Shown here: positions 1 to 10,721 of the stretch, one piece after another
Layout of the letters: each line of letters opens with the position of its first letter
Position numbering within the stretch: the stretch's first letter is position 1
Program-made: the position numbers and the translations under genes
The notes under the pieces: generated by a model
What the model saw: the letters and a program-made list of their open reading frames with translations, nothing else
Databases searched by the model: none
What the model was told of the DNA's origin: nothing
Assembly: GCA_002726235.1 (NCBI GenBank)
Contig: PBSN01000004.1
Location: 1 to 37,278, forward strand
Length of the DNA: 37,278 nt
DNA from: Nitrospiraceae bacterium
GTDB lineage: Bacteria; Nitrospirota; Nitrospiria; Nitrospirales; UBA2166
Direction of reading: 5' to 3'

Positions 1-686
1 CGCCGTGAAGCGGCGCGAAAAATGACAGGATAAGCATGGTGAAGCGGCAAAATAGATAAAATATTGTCGCTACCTGTTGCCAAGCCAGCCGCCTTGATCG
101 CCCCAGCATTGGAAAGAAGATTTTCGTGCGAGAGAAGCACCCCCTTTGGAGTTCCAGTTGTCCCCGACGTGTATAACAGTGAGGCAACAGTATCGGGTGG
201 GATGGTACGAGAAAAGTTACTCACATGCTCGACAGCAATACCATACTTTGCAATACAGTCACGGAACCCAATGTCCAAGGAATCAACTGGCTCATCTAAG
301 GTGATAACGCACTGCTTCTCCTCCCGTGCAGGAAGCAGAGAGTAGGTCTGAGCAGTCACGATGATCGTATGCGGTTCACAATCCTGAATCAACGTCTTAA
401 CTTCATCGGAGGTATATTGGACATCAAATGGAACGACTGTTGCGCCGATCGTTACCACCCCAAGATAGGCAATACCCCATTCCGGCCGATTTTCGGCGAG
501 AATGACAACTCGGTCACCTGTGCCGATGCCCATAAATCGGAGTGCTGCAGCAAACTTTTTTACGGTGTTTCCAACGTCCTGAAACGTCCAGACATCACAA
601 AGAGCCCCTTTGAACACCTGCATGGCTGTCTGGTTTGCGCTCCGAGAAACAACCTCGAACACAGCAGTCGGAATATTTCCCTTCAA
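1..686 (-). CDS. Long-chain fatty acid--CoA ligase / AMP-binding enzyme, 5' part (runs off the window; not in ORF track)
   Basis: Manual minus-strand translation from TTG at 686 (SD AAGGGAGG upstream): ...GIGTGDRVVILAENRPEW...ASLLYTSGTTGTPKGVLLSHENL...LSILPLHHAYP, containing the AMP-binding P-loop motif. Confidence 0.9.
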   Translation of the reverse strand, partial: MKGNIPTAVFEVVSRSANQTAMQVFKGALCDVWTFQDVGNTVKKFAAALRFMGIGTGDRVVILAENRPEWGIAYLGVVTIGATVVPFDVQYTSDEVKTLIQDCEPHTIIVTAQTYSLLPAREEKQCVITLDEPVDSLDIGFRDCIAKYGIAVEHVSNFSRTIPPDTVASLLYTSGTTGTPKGVLLSHENLLSNAGAIKAAGLATGSDNILSILPLHHAYPVIFRAASR

Positions 687-886
687 CTCATCCCTCCCTT
701 AAGTCCGATCGATGTGCGTCCTTGTACATGTGCATCTGGCGAAATATCGTCGTACCGTGCCTGCCGTACATGTGTCTACTTCTCTGGTGCAGTCTCCATT
801 GTAATGACTTTGCCCACTCGCTGCATCCCGGGCACAGGCGGCAGCCCTGCCGTGCCTCGAAGGCTATACGCTGTCATCGTGCTGAA

Positions 887-916
887 TTGACACCCCATCT
901 TTTGTCCCTGTATAAA
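887..916 (+). promoter_or_regulatory. sigma70-type promoter for tRNA-Arg
   Basis: TTGACA (887-892) - 18 nt - TATAAA (911-916), about 44 nt upstream of the tRNA. Confidence 0.65.
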
Positions 917-959
917 TCCCGGTGTCACCACGCCAATATTGCGCTGTTTCGCCTCACGC

Positions 960-1036
960 GCGCCCGTAGCTCAGCTGGATAGAGTACCTGACTACGAATC
1001 AGGGGGTCGGGAGTTCGAATCTCTCCGGGCGCGCCA
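960..1036 (+). tRNA. tRNA-Arg (ACG)
   Basis: Cloverleaf: acceptor GCGCCCG/CGGGCGC, D-arm GCTC..GAGT, anticodon arm CCTGA-CTACGAA-TCAGG, T-loop TTCGAAT, encoded CCA; 77 nt. Confidence 0.98.
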
Positions 1037-1395
1037 TTCGTCATGATGTTTCGAGGGGCGGGCATGGCAGAAACTGTTCAAGTCGATCCTGGATCGCCCT
1101 TGTAGCGTAATAATATTTGAATCTTCTCCGCAACCAAACGGCAAAAGTAAACCAGCCCACATTCTTCTCGGCGTGCCGATGTGATAAATTGTAACGTGTG
1201 AGTGGAGCTTTTTGCCCCTCACGATGCACGCGGAGTGCGTAGCGTGGAGTTGCGCTCCGTTTGGAGAATATTTTAGAGAGGGAAGCAAAGCATGAGAATT
1301 TACGGTGATATTGTGCGTGGGCTTTTTTCATGGCACTGGACAAAGCCTAGCCCCGCACTTCACTCTATCAACATCAACTCCCGATTGGAGGCGTG

Positions 1396-2013
1396 ATGTA
1401 CCGCATATTGTTCGCACTGATGTTGCTGTTCGGCGTGCCCAGCGTCACAACGGCAGGCGAGTTTCAAGAGGCTAATGATGCGTATGATCGTCAGGACTAC
1501 GCGACTGCTATCGAGAAGTACACGAGAGCCGCCGAAGCTGGGCATGCGGAGGCCCAATACCGCCTTGCCACGATCTACCAAAATGAGAAGGAGGGTGAAG
1601 GCGTAGCGCATGATAATGCGCTGGCGGTGCGCTGGTATCGAAAAGCTGCCGTAGGCGGCCACATCGAAGCCCAAAACCGTCTTGGGCTGATGTACGCCAA
1701 TGGAAGGGGTATTCCCCAAGACGACGAGGAAGCGGTGCGTTGGTATCGAAAAGCCGCCGCGGCCGGCCACGCGCTAACGCAATACTATCTTGCCCTGCGA
1801 TACCAGAATGGGAAGGGTGTGCCGCAGGATCACGTGCAAGCCCATCGATGGTTCAGTCTTGCCGTGGCTCATGCAACGAGCGAAAAAACGAAAAAACGAG
1901 CAGCCAAACGCCGTGATGCCGTTGCCCAAACAATGTCACCGCAGGAAATCGCTGACGCAGAACAGCTAGCTCGAGAATGGAAGCCGACAACTCGGACGAC
2001 ACCAGACCGCTAG
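1396..2013 (+). CDS. Secreted Sel1-repeat (TPR-like) protein
   Basis: Signal peptide MYRILFALMLLFG..TTA; three Sel1 repeats (AQxxLGxxY.xGxGVxxD..AVRWYRKAA.xGH); GGAGG SD. Confidence 0.9.
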   Translation: MYRILFALMLLFGVPSVTTAGEFQEANDAYDRQDYATAIEKYTRAAEAGHAEAQYRLATIYQNEKEGEGVAHDNALAVRWYRKAAVGGHIEAQNRLGLMYANGRGIPQDDEEAVRWYRKAAAAGHALTQYYLALRYQNGKGVPQDHVQAHRWFSLAVAHATSEKTKKRAAKRRDAVAQTMSPQEIADAEQLAREWKPTTRTTPDR

Positions 2014-2128
2014 ACGCGAGACTGCAACAACTAACGTCCAACGTGCTGATGAGTACACCGTTGCTTCTATCGCTATCGCCGAATACCATCGCGTTCACGC
2101 AGAATGTGGACTGCATCGCTAAATTGCT

Positions 2129-2716
2129 ATGACCAGTATTACCTCACGGACCATGAGTTGTTTCGGCACATTGCTCATTACGGTGATCCCCCTGTTCCTC
2201 ATGGAGANTTCTTGGGGTGCGCAATCTCAGTCTGCTCACTCGATAACCACATCCTTTGCTGCTGAAGCTTCTGCTGATGGAAACATGTTTGATGTAACAA
2301 CATTTGACAATCCCATCACTGTTACTAGCATTCATGTCAATGCAAGCAATAGTCTGCAACCTGTAGGTCTTGCTGTATACACAAAACCGGGAACATTTGA
2401 ACAATTCGAAACTGAGGAAACTGCATGGACGCTGGTTTCCCAAACCACTATTACGCCGCAGGGATTAAACGTACCAACGCTTGTCGATGTCACGGATTTT
2501 GTTGTCCCAGCCCGCACAACCACAGGCATGTACGTGACTGTAACGGACACTGGACCAGGAGAGCCACAGATGCATTATGTGGTAGGAATTCATGAGTTTA
2601 TCAACAACGCCCTTCGACTGAGCCCAGGAGTCGGAATGGGGGGGATGTTCGGGTACTTAATCGAAAACAGAACTTGGAGCGGAACCATCAACTACACTCT
2701 TGGCATCGCTCAGTAA
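2129..2716 (+). CDS. Hypothetical secreted protein (predicted beta-rich domain, GNMFDV...RTWSGTINY)
   Basis: 195-aa ORF with a hydrophobic N-terminus and probable signal cleavage near SWG-A; Thr/Val-rich beta-strand pattern. Confidence 0.75.
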   Translation: MTSITSRTMSCFGTLLITVIPLFLMEXSWGAQSQSAHSITTSFAAEASADGNMFDVTTFDNPITVTSIHVNASNSLQPVGLAVYTKPGTFEQFETEETAWTLVSQTTITPQGLNVPTLVDVTDFVVPARTTTGMYVTVTDTGPGEPQMHYVVGIHEFINNALRLSPGVGMGGMFGYLIENRTWSGTINYTLGIAQ

Positions 2717-2749
2717 GGCTCAGATCTTCTGGTTGCTTTCGATTATCGC

Positions 2750-3622
2750 TTACGGTGTGAGCGGGATAGTTGTTGCGGCATGGCCATCAAACAATGGGAT
2801 TAACAACTGATTGCTCGCTCGATCAACGCTGATGTCGGCTGGAGTGGTGAGGCCACTCGCAAATTCTTTCACTGAACGATCCGGCGCAATGCGAAAAATT
2901 GACCCTCCGGTAAAACTGGAGATGTACAGATTGCCTGCAGAGTCGTAGTCAAACCCATCCAGATCCTTCCAGGATTTATGCGATGCAAATAGCACAGTTT
3001 TTCCACCCTCACTGACTTCCAAAATCCGACCTTCTCCCCATGTATTGACCAACAATGCGTTTGTCTTCGGGTGAATCATTAGCCCATTGGGATATGCCAG
3101 CATGGGATATCGTGAATGTATGGTCACCTTGTGTTTGTTTGTCGTCTCAATCTTGAATATGGTGGGCGGAGCATTCGCAGCCACGAATATTGCCGTGTCA
3201 GAGACGTAGAGGTTACCTTGATCATCAGCAACCAGATCGTTCAAAAACTTTGCACGTTGCAAAACTAGATTGACTGTATGAACGAGTTCTCCCGTTACCT
3301 TGTGAAACCCACGGACGCGATCAATATCGGTGACGTACAATATATTTCCAATGATGGCGAGGCCCTTGGGAGCATTGAGCTCAACACCGTAGGCGCCTCC
3401 CGTGATAAAGCTTCGCGCCACAAGGGAACCATCACCGTGAAGCTTGGTAATAAACCCGTTATTATCTCGGCTAATCGGCGAACCATTGATGTTCGAAATA
3501 TAGTATTCCCCACTGCTAGGATCAACGATAAAGCTTTCCGGTGTCTCCAAATCAGGAACTTCGAACCCAAACGCTGGTGACGCGATTAGTAGTACTCCTA
3601 TTGCCAAAACTAACAATTGCAT
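2750..3622 (-). CDS. SMP-30/gluconolactonase/LRE-like beta-propeller protein, periplasmic
   Basis: Start reassigned to MQLLVLAIG (GGAGG SD); signal peptide; motifs ETPES, NAPKG, FLNDL, PNGL, LDG, PADI. Confidence 0.85.
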   Translation of the reverse strand: MQLLVLAIGVLLIASPAFGFEVPDLETPESFIVDPSSGEYYISNINGSPISRDNNGFITKLHGDGSLVARSFITGGAYGVELNAPKGLAIIGNILYVTDIDRVRGFHKVTGELVHTVNLVLQRAKFLNDLVADDQGNLYVSDTAIFVAANAPPTIFKIETTNKHKVTIHSRYPMLAYPNGLMIHPKTNALLVNTWGEGRILEVSEGGKTVLFASHKSWKDLDGFDYDSAGNLYISSFTGGSIFRIAPDRSVKEFASGLTTPADISVDRASNQLLIPLFDGHAATTIPLTP

Positions 3623-3641
3623 ATTCGACCTCCGTAAATGC

Positions 3642-3670
3642 TTGCCCCCCACGGGGAGAGCAGGTAGAAT
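3642..3670 (+). promoter_or_regulatory. sigma70-type promoter for the 3702 ORF
   Basis: TTGCCC - 17 nt - TAGAAT. Confidence 0.5.
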
Positions 3671-3701
3671 CCGCTCCGCATGACGAGAGATTATTGGCAG
3701 T

Positions 3702-4010
3702 ATGGCATTGCAGCAGGACATCAATAACGCTATGGTTCGCATCGAAGGCTTAGCTGAATCACAGCACTACCGTGCCGTCATTCACTATGGAGACTCCTAT
3801 GCTCCAATCGCCGAAGGTGACATTGATGCGCTTGGGCAATGTTTAGAACTCTCCCCTGACGATTTTCTGAATGCGTTACCGGAAAAGGTCACTGGCAACC
3901 GCTATCTCCAGGACCGTATCCGGGAGGTTATTGCTACCATCGACGACCGCATCGTGCTCACAAATGCCCTGAAAGACTCGGTACGAACCCTCTTGGCACT
4001 CTCACGATAA
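3702..4010 (+). CDS. Hypothetical protein
   Basis: 102-aa ATG ORF filling the gap between the propeller gene and era, with a promoter upstream and protein-like composition. Confidence 0.7.
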   Translation: MALQQDINNAMVRIEGLAESQHYRAVIHYGDSYAPIAEGDIDALGQCLELSPDDFLNALPEKVTGNRYLQDRIREVIATIDDRIVLTNALKDSVRTLLALSR

Positions 4011-4037
4011 ACACTGTATCTTCACATTGCCGTGCGC

Positions 4038-4928
4038 TCAATATCCGAGTTCAAGCAATTTGTTGTCATCGTTTCGCCAAGCTTCTTCCACCTTCACCAG
4101 CAGAGAGAGAAAGACTTTTTTCCCAAAGAGGTGTTCCATATCCTGGCGAGCCTCTGATCCGATGGCTTTTAGCATCAAGCCCTTCCTTCCAATGACAATC
4201 GCCTTTTGGTTTTGTCGTTCCACAAGAATCACCGCTTGGATGGTAATCAGTCCGCCCTCTTCAGAAAATTCTTCGACGGTGACAGCAACTGAGTACGGGA
4301 GTTCTTCATATGTCTTGGCCAAGAGCTTTTCGCGTATTAGCTCTGCGGCTAAAAACTGGGGTGATTGGTTGATCGACTCGAACTGAGCATGTTGTGCTTG
4401 TCCTTGCGGAAGCATCTCAGAAGCTGCATCGATCAGACAATCGACATTGTCACCATTTTTTGCGGAGATCGGGATAACATCAACCCACGCAAAGAGCTTC
4501 CTGCATTCATCGATCAGCGGCAATAGCCTCGTCTTTTTTACGAGGTCAATTTTATTGATGAGAAGGATCACCGGGAGAGGATGTTCCTTGAGAAGATCAA
4601 TAATAAAGCAATCTTGCCGCCCCGCGTGCGTTCGCGCTTCAATCATGAAAAAGACACAATCAACTTCGTCTAAGGCATGTTTTGCGACACGGACGATACG
4701 GCGGTTGAGTTGGAATCGAGGATGATGGATGCCTGGAGTATCAACGAGCACTATTTCCGCCTGTGGGCGGTGAATCACCCCAAGAATTTTGTTTCGTGTT
4801 GTCTGTGGCTTGTCTGAAACAATCGCAACCTTTTGACCAAGAAGGAAATTCAGGAGCGTTGACTTGCCAACATTCGGCGCTCCGATGATGGCCACCGAAC
4901 CGGATTTGAAATTTNCGTCACGATTCAT
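4038..4928 (-). CDS. era: GTPase Era
   Basis: GAPNVGKST, PQTTR, DTPG, NKID, KH-domain VIGRKG. Confidence 0.97.
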   Translation of the reverse strand: MNRDXNFKSGSVAIIGAPNVGKSTLLNFLLGQKVAIVSDKPQTTRNKILGVIHRPQAEIVLVDTPGIHHPRFQLNRRIVRVAKHALDEVDCVFFMIEARTHAGRQDCFIIDLLKEHPLPVILLINKIDLVKKTRLLPLIDECRKLFAWVDVIPISAKNGDNVDCLIDAASEMLPQGQAQHAQFESINQSPQFLAAELIREKLLAKTYEELPYSVAVTVEEFSEEGGLITIQAVILVERQNQKAIVIGRKGLMLKAIGSEARQDMEHLFGKKVFLSLLVKVEEAWRNDDNKLLELGY

Positions 4929-4949
4929 TTGTCGGACTCGNCGGGAAAA

Positions 4950-5270
4950 TTACGGGTCAAAAAACCGATAGACTGTCTCGTTTTCACGAGCCATCCCAAG
5001 CTCTCTTCGTGCTAGCTCTTCAAGTCGTACCGGATTATTCTCGATCTTGTCGATTTCGGCTTCATATATCTCATTCCACATGGTTAGTTTCTTGAGCTCC
5101 TCGCTCAGTTTCTGATGGTTTTGGATCATGCTGTAATGGCGAAAAACGCCTNCCTCACCAAACAGCGATAACCCAACATGTATTAGTATGCCGAGTCCGA
5201 CAATGGCAATCAAGATACGCCGCCTTTTGTGCCGCCGCCTGACTTCTTCCCATGGCACATTTGCTCGCAC
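4950..5270 (-). CDS. ftsB: Septum formation initiator FtsB/DivIC
   Basis: Basic N-terminus, one TM helix, coiled coil, LEELARRELGM..ENETVY; directly downstream of eno. Confidence 0.85.
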   Translation of the reverse strand: MRANVPWEEVRRRHKRRRILIAIVGLGILIHVGLSLFGEXGVFRHYSMIQNHQKLSEELKKLTMWNEIYEAEIDKIENNPVRLEELARRELGMARENETVYRFFDP

Positions 5271-5295
5271 AGACGTCTTCGTTCTCCCTCTTAAA

Positions 5296-6584
<1,289 letters not shown>

Positions 6585-6588
<4 letters not shown>

Positions 6589-8033
6589 GATTGAATGTTC
6601 TCACTCATCAAACGCTGTCGCATCAAGGTATTGACCTTTTGCGGATTGGCTTTTCCTTTTGACGCTTTCATCACTTGTCCCACAAAAAAACCCAATAAAT
6701 TGTCTTTTCCAGATTGATACTCCGCACACTGCTTTGGATGTGTGTGCACAATTTCATCAATCAGCGTATCGAGCGTACCGTCATCAGAGATCTGCATCAA
6801 ACCATGTTCTTGAATAAAATCCTTTGGCATCTGTTGAGACCGAAAGAGGTCAAGAAAGACTTCTCGAGCGGTCTTAAGGCTAATCGTCTGATCATCCACC
6901 AGTTTCATGAGCGCGATAAGACGATCGGGTTTCATCGGTGAAGCGATGACATCGCAGTTGTCATTCTTCAACGCGTGTAGCAACTCCCCCATGATCCAAT
7001 TACTGACCGTTTTGGGATTTGGAAAACCTGCGACACAGGCTTCGAAATAATCGGCGAGGGGGCGAGACGAGGTCAACAGGACTGCATCGTAGGCGGGTAA
7101 TTTGTACTCAGCAATAAATCGATTTCGTTTTGCCTCTGGCAGTTCTGGCAGGCTCAACCGCAGTATATCGATCCGTTGTGGTGAAATTTCAATTGGCATG
7201 AGATCGGGTTCGGGGAAGTAGCGATAATCGTGAGCCTCTTCTTTGCTACGCATCACCACACTGACGCCTCGCTCAGCATCCCATGAACGCGTTTCCTGAT
7301 CGATTGTCCCGCCGTCGGCCAATACAGTTTCTTGTCGCTGAATTTCATAATCCAGCGCGTGTTTCACAAATTTGAACGAATTGATGTTCTTCAGTTCCAC
7401 CTTGGTTCCAAACGAGTCTTGGCCTTTTAGCCGTAAGGAGATATTTGGTTCACAGCGAAGGCTTCCTTCTTCCATGTTTCCATCACAAACGTCGAGATAC
7501 AGCAGAATGTCTCTGAGGGTTTTTAGATATGCCACCGCTCCGTCAGATGACCGAAGATCGGGTTCGGTGACAATCTCCAATAGCGGCATCCCACAACGAT
7601 TTACATCCACATGACTGACGCCAGCCTCGGCTTGATGAATGTTCTTGCCGGCGTCTTCTTCAAGATGAGCCCGGCGAATACACACCCGTTGAGTTGCGCT
7701 TCCTTCGTCAATCTCCAGCCACCCATTCTGACAGATAGGACGGTCAAATTGGGAAATTTGATATCCCTTGGGAAGGTCGGGATAGAAATAGTTTTTCCGT
7801 GCGAATTGATTGGGTGTCGTGATGGTGCAGTTGAGGGCTAACCCGGTGCGGACGGCCATCTCAACCACCATCATGTTCAGTACAGGAAGAACCCCAGGCA
7901 ATCCCAAACACACGGGACACGTCTGAGTATTGGGTTTAGCCCCGAACGCGGTGGAACACCCGCAAAAGAGTTTGCTCCGAGTGCGGAGTTGGGCATGAAC
8001 CTCAAGCCCGATGACAACCTCATATGCTGGCAT
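6585..8033 (-). CDS. gatB: Asp/Glu-tRNA amidotransferase subunit B
   Basis: [44 protein letters not shown]. Confidence 0.99.
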
Positions 8034-8104
8034 CGCGAGGTCGTCACCCGGAGACGCAAGACGTCATAAATATCAGATGCAGAGTCGGAATAAGGCCATC
8101 ACGT

Positions 8105-8431
8105 TTACCCAGCTTCATCCACTGGGGTTCGCTCTTTCTTGCTGCGCCGCACCGCTTCTTTTCCAGACTCATAAGCGGAGCCTAAGATTTTCTTCCCCTC
8201 TTCAAGAAGATCTTTCCCGTGCTCAACAGCATTTTCAACATTCCCACGGGCGTCTTTTGCAATCCAGGAGAGATCGTCTTCTGCTTTTTTTGCATATCCG
8301 CGAATCATACGCCTTGTCTCATCTCCAGGTTGAGGAGTAAGAAGAAGCGCTAATCCGGCACCCAGCAGCGCGCCACTCAAAAACGAGAACGCCACGGCAC
8401 CGCTCGAAAACCCTTCATCATAATGTCCCAT
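8105..8431 (-). CDS. YtxH-like protein
   Basis: FLSGALLGAGLALLLTPQPGDETR motif; GGAGG SD. Confidence 0.85.
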   Translation of the reverse strand: MGHYDEGFSSGAVAFSFLSGALLGAGLALLLTPQPGDETRRMIRGYAKKAEDDLSWIAKDARGNVENAVEHGKDLLEEGKKILGSAYESGKEAVRRSKKERTPVDEAG

Positions 8432-8825
8432 TTGAACCTCCTCCTTTATTGGTACCAGTTCCCTTCTTCATCGTTTCGGTCGCCGCGCGCAACCCGGCGA
8501 GAAGACTTGCGACATTTACCACTATTTTGAACGCATTCCCGCGCACGAGATGATGCACGGTGTCAACGCTATCCCCCACTTTACCAAGTGCAGTGAATAG
8601 GTGTGACGCCCGTGACACTCCATGTTTCACGTCGCCAGAGATATCATTGCAGTTGCTGGCGGCTTCAGTCATCTCATCAAATAGCGGATCAACTTTGGAG
8701 TTGATGTGACGAAAAAACAGTTCCGATTCCTTCGCGGTTTTACGGAGTTGATGAAGCACCGGAACAAGAAACGCCACCAGTACAGCGAACGAGGTGCCAA
8801 TGAGTGCCCATGCGATATCAGCCAT
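8418..8825 (-). CDS. DUF948 (YoxC-like) membrane-anchored protein
   Basis: N-terminal TM helix plus coiled coil, paired with YtxH; start reassigned to MADIAW (GAGG SD). Confidence 0.75.
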   Translation of the reverse strand: MADIAWALIGTSFAVLVAFLVPVLHQLRKTAKESELFFRHINSKVDPLFDEMTEAASNCNDISGDVKHGVSRASHLFTALGKVGDSVDTVHHLVRGNAFKIVVNVASLLAGLRAATETMKKGTGTNKGGGSNGTL

Positions 8826-10275
8826 TCGAATCCTCACTTATCGGTGCCCGTTTCAGGTGCCAGTCCGTTTCCTGTTCAAATGCAAAGGCAACCTGTAGCA
8901 TGGTCAATTCATCAAACCAACGTCCCAGAATCTGCATCCCGATCGGCAAGCCATCACGACTCATAGCGCATGGAACTGAAATCGCCGGAAAGCCTCCCAA
9001 GTTTGCTGAAATGGTATAGATATCGGAAAGATACATTTGTACTGGATCGGCGGTCTTTTCGCCAATCCGAAACGCTGGCGTTGGAGTCGTGGGAGTGACA
9101 ATCACGTCAACCTCTTGGAACGCAGCCTCAAAATCGGCGCGAATCATCTTCCGTGCTTGCTGGGCTTTACCATAATAGGCATCATAATATCCAGCGCTCA
9201 ACGCATACGTCCCCAGCATGATACGACGCTTCGTCTCTCGACCGAACCCTTCCTTGCGCGTTTGACAATACATCTCAAGCAAATCCTGGCTCTGTGAGCT
9301 TCGGTGCCCGTATTTCACTCCATCATATCGCGCCAGATTTGAACTCGCTTCGGCGGTTGCAATGAGATAATACGTCGCAATGCCATATGGAGTTGTCGGC
9401 AAGGATACCGCCTTGGTTTTTGCTCCACGCGAAGTCAACACTTTCAACGCGGCGCGAACCCCATCGTTGACTTCTGGATCAAGTCCGTCTGCGAAGTAGT
9501 CATCTGGAATGCCAATGCGAATCTCAGTCATATCTCGATGAAGAGCCTTCGCAATCGTGGGAACAGGGGTCGTGACTGATGTGGAGTCCTTAGGATCGTG
9601 GCCGGCAATCGCTTCCAACATAATCGCGGCATCTGTGACATCTTTGGTGAGCGGACCAATTTGGTCCAACGAAGATGCATACGAGATCAACCCATACCGA
9701 GACACTCGGCCATATGTGGGTTTCATCCCAACCACACCACAGCACGCAGCAGGTTGACGGATCGACCCACCAGTATCCGATCCAAGAGCGGCAATACACT
9801 CGTGTGCAGCGACAGCCGCAGCAGATCCTCCGCTTGACCCCCCTGGGATACGCTCAAGGTCCCATGGATTACGCGTCGGCTGGAATGCCGAGTGTTCGGT
9901 TGACGAGCCCATGGCGAACTCATCCATATTTGTCTTGCCCACAAGGACAGCGCCATGCCCTTCTAAACATGTCATTACCGTAGCGTTATACGGAGGGATA
10001 AAATGCTCTAACATTCTGGATCCACATGTGGTGACAACATCTTCAGTGCAGATGTTGTCCTTGATCCCTAGAGGGATGCCCTGAAGGAGTGAATTTGCTT
10101 TAGCTGGATGTGACGTGGTCTTGGAAGTTTCCGTGAGAACCGTGTGATAGGCGTGAACAGTGTCGTCCACACGCGTTATTTGCCGGTGAACCGCTTCGGA
10201 CAGTTCTTGAGACGAGAACGCTGCGTTTGCAAGCCCGTCCGCGGCATCATGAATAGTCAGGTGATTCAGGTTCAC
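8818..10275 (-). CDS. gatA: Asp/Glu-tRNA amidotransferase subunit A
   Basis: Amidase signature GKTNMDEFAMGSS, PGGSSGGS, GSDTGGSIRQPA; GTG start overlaps the panD stop (GTGA). Confidence 0.98.
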   Translation of the reverse strand: MNLNHLTIHDAADGLANAAFSSQELSEAVHRQITRVDDTVHAYHTVLTETSKTTSHPAKANSLLQGIPLGIKDNICTEDVVTTCGSRMLEHFIPPYNATVMTCLEGHGAVLVGKTNMDEFAMGSSTEHSAFQPTRNPWDLERIPGGSSGGSAAAVAAHECIAALGSDTGGSIRQPAACCGVVGMKPTYGRVSRYGLISYASSLDQIGPLTKDVTDAAIMLEAIAGHDPKDSTSVTTPVPTIAKALHRDMTEIRIGIPDDYFADGLDPEVNDGVRAALKVLTSRGAKTKAVSLPTTPYGIATYYLIATAEASSNLARYDGVKYGHRSSQSQDLLEMYCQTRKEGFGRETKRRIMLGTYALSAGYYDAYYGKAQQARKMIRADFEAAFQEVDVIVTPTTPTPAFRIGEKTADPVQMYLSDIYTISANLGGFPAISVPCAMSRDGLPIGMQILGRWFDELTMLQVAFAFEQETDWHLKRAPISEDSNG

Positions 10276-10697
10276 CTGCGCGTTCCAGTGGTCGAGATGC
10301 GTAAATTGCCCTCGTGAATATCCATGTCCCATTGCGACGGTTGGCGTTTTGAGACCATGCGATTGTTGTGATCAACGAGAACGATTGTCGGAGAGTGTTC
10401 CTGTGCTTCTTCCTCATTGTAGAAGGCGTAACAAAATATGATCAGTAAATCACCGATGAGGCCCTTTCGTGCGGCGGGTCCGTTGAGCGCAATGGTTCCC
10501 GATCCTGCCGGCCCAGGAATGACATAGGTTTCAAAGCGCTCGCCATTATTCAGATTCGAGACCATCACAAGTTCGTAGCACTGTAGACCCGCTTCACGAA
10601 TAAGCTCCTCGTCAACCGTCAGGCTTCCTTCATAGGCGAGGTTAGCATCGGTCACCGTGACACGATGAAGTTTTGCACGCAACAATTGACGAAACAT
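10272..10697 (-). CDS. panD: Aspartate 1-decarboxylase
   Basis: KLHRVTVTDANLAYEG/SLTVD self-cleavage site, NGERFETY, NGPAAR. Confidence 0.97.
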   Translation of the reverse strand: MFRQLLRAKLHRVTVTDANLAYEGSLTVDEELIREAGLQCYELVMVSNLNNGERFETYVIPGPAGSGTIALNGPAARKGLIGDLLIIFCYAFYNEEEAQEHSPTIVLVDHNNRMVSKRQPSQWDMDIHEGNLRISTTGTRR

Positions 10698-10721
10698 GTT
10701 CAATCCTTTCAGAAAAGAAGG

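Noticed and set aside
64..982. Plus-strand ORFs 64-345, 369-890 and 635-982
   Set aside because: Antisense shadows of the acyl-CoA ligase, or overlapping the promoter and tRNA.
992..1343. Minus-strand ORFs near the tRNA
   Set aside because: One overlaps the tRNA; no recognisable motifs or SD, and composition is not protein-like.
1624..1770. Direct DNA repeat GCGGTGCGxTGGTATCGAAAAGC at 108-nt period
   Set aside because: Explained by the 36-aa Sel1 protein repeats; not CRISPR.
2040..2110. Hammerhead ribozyme (CTGATGAG)
   Set aside because: No stem II closed by GAAA and no matching cleavage-site helix.
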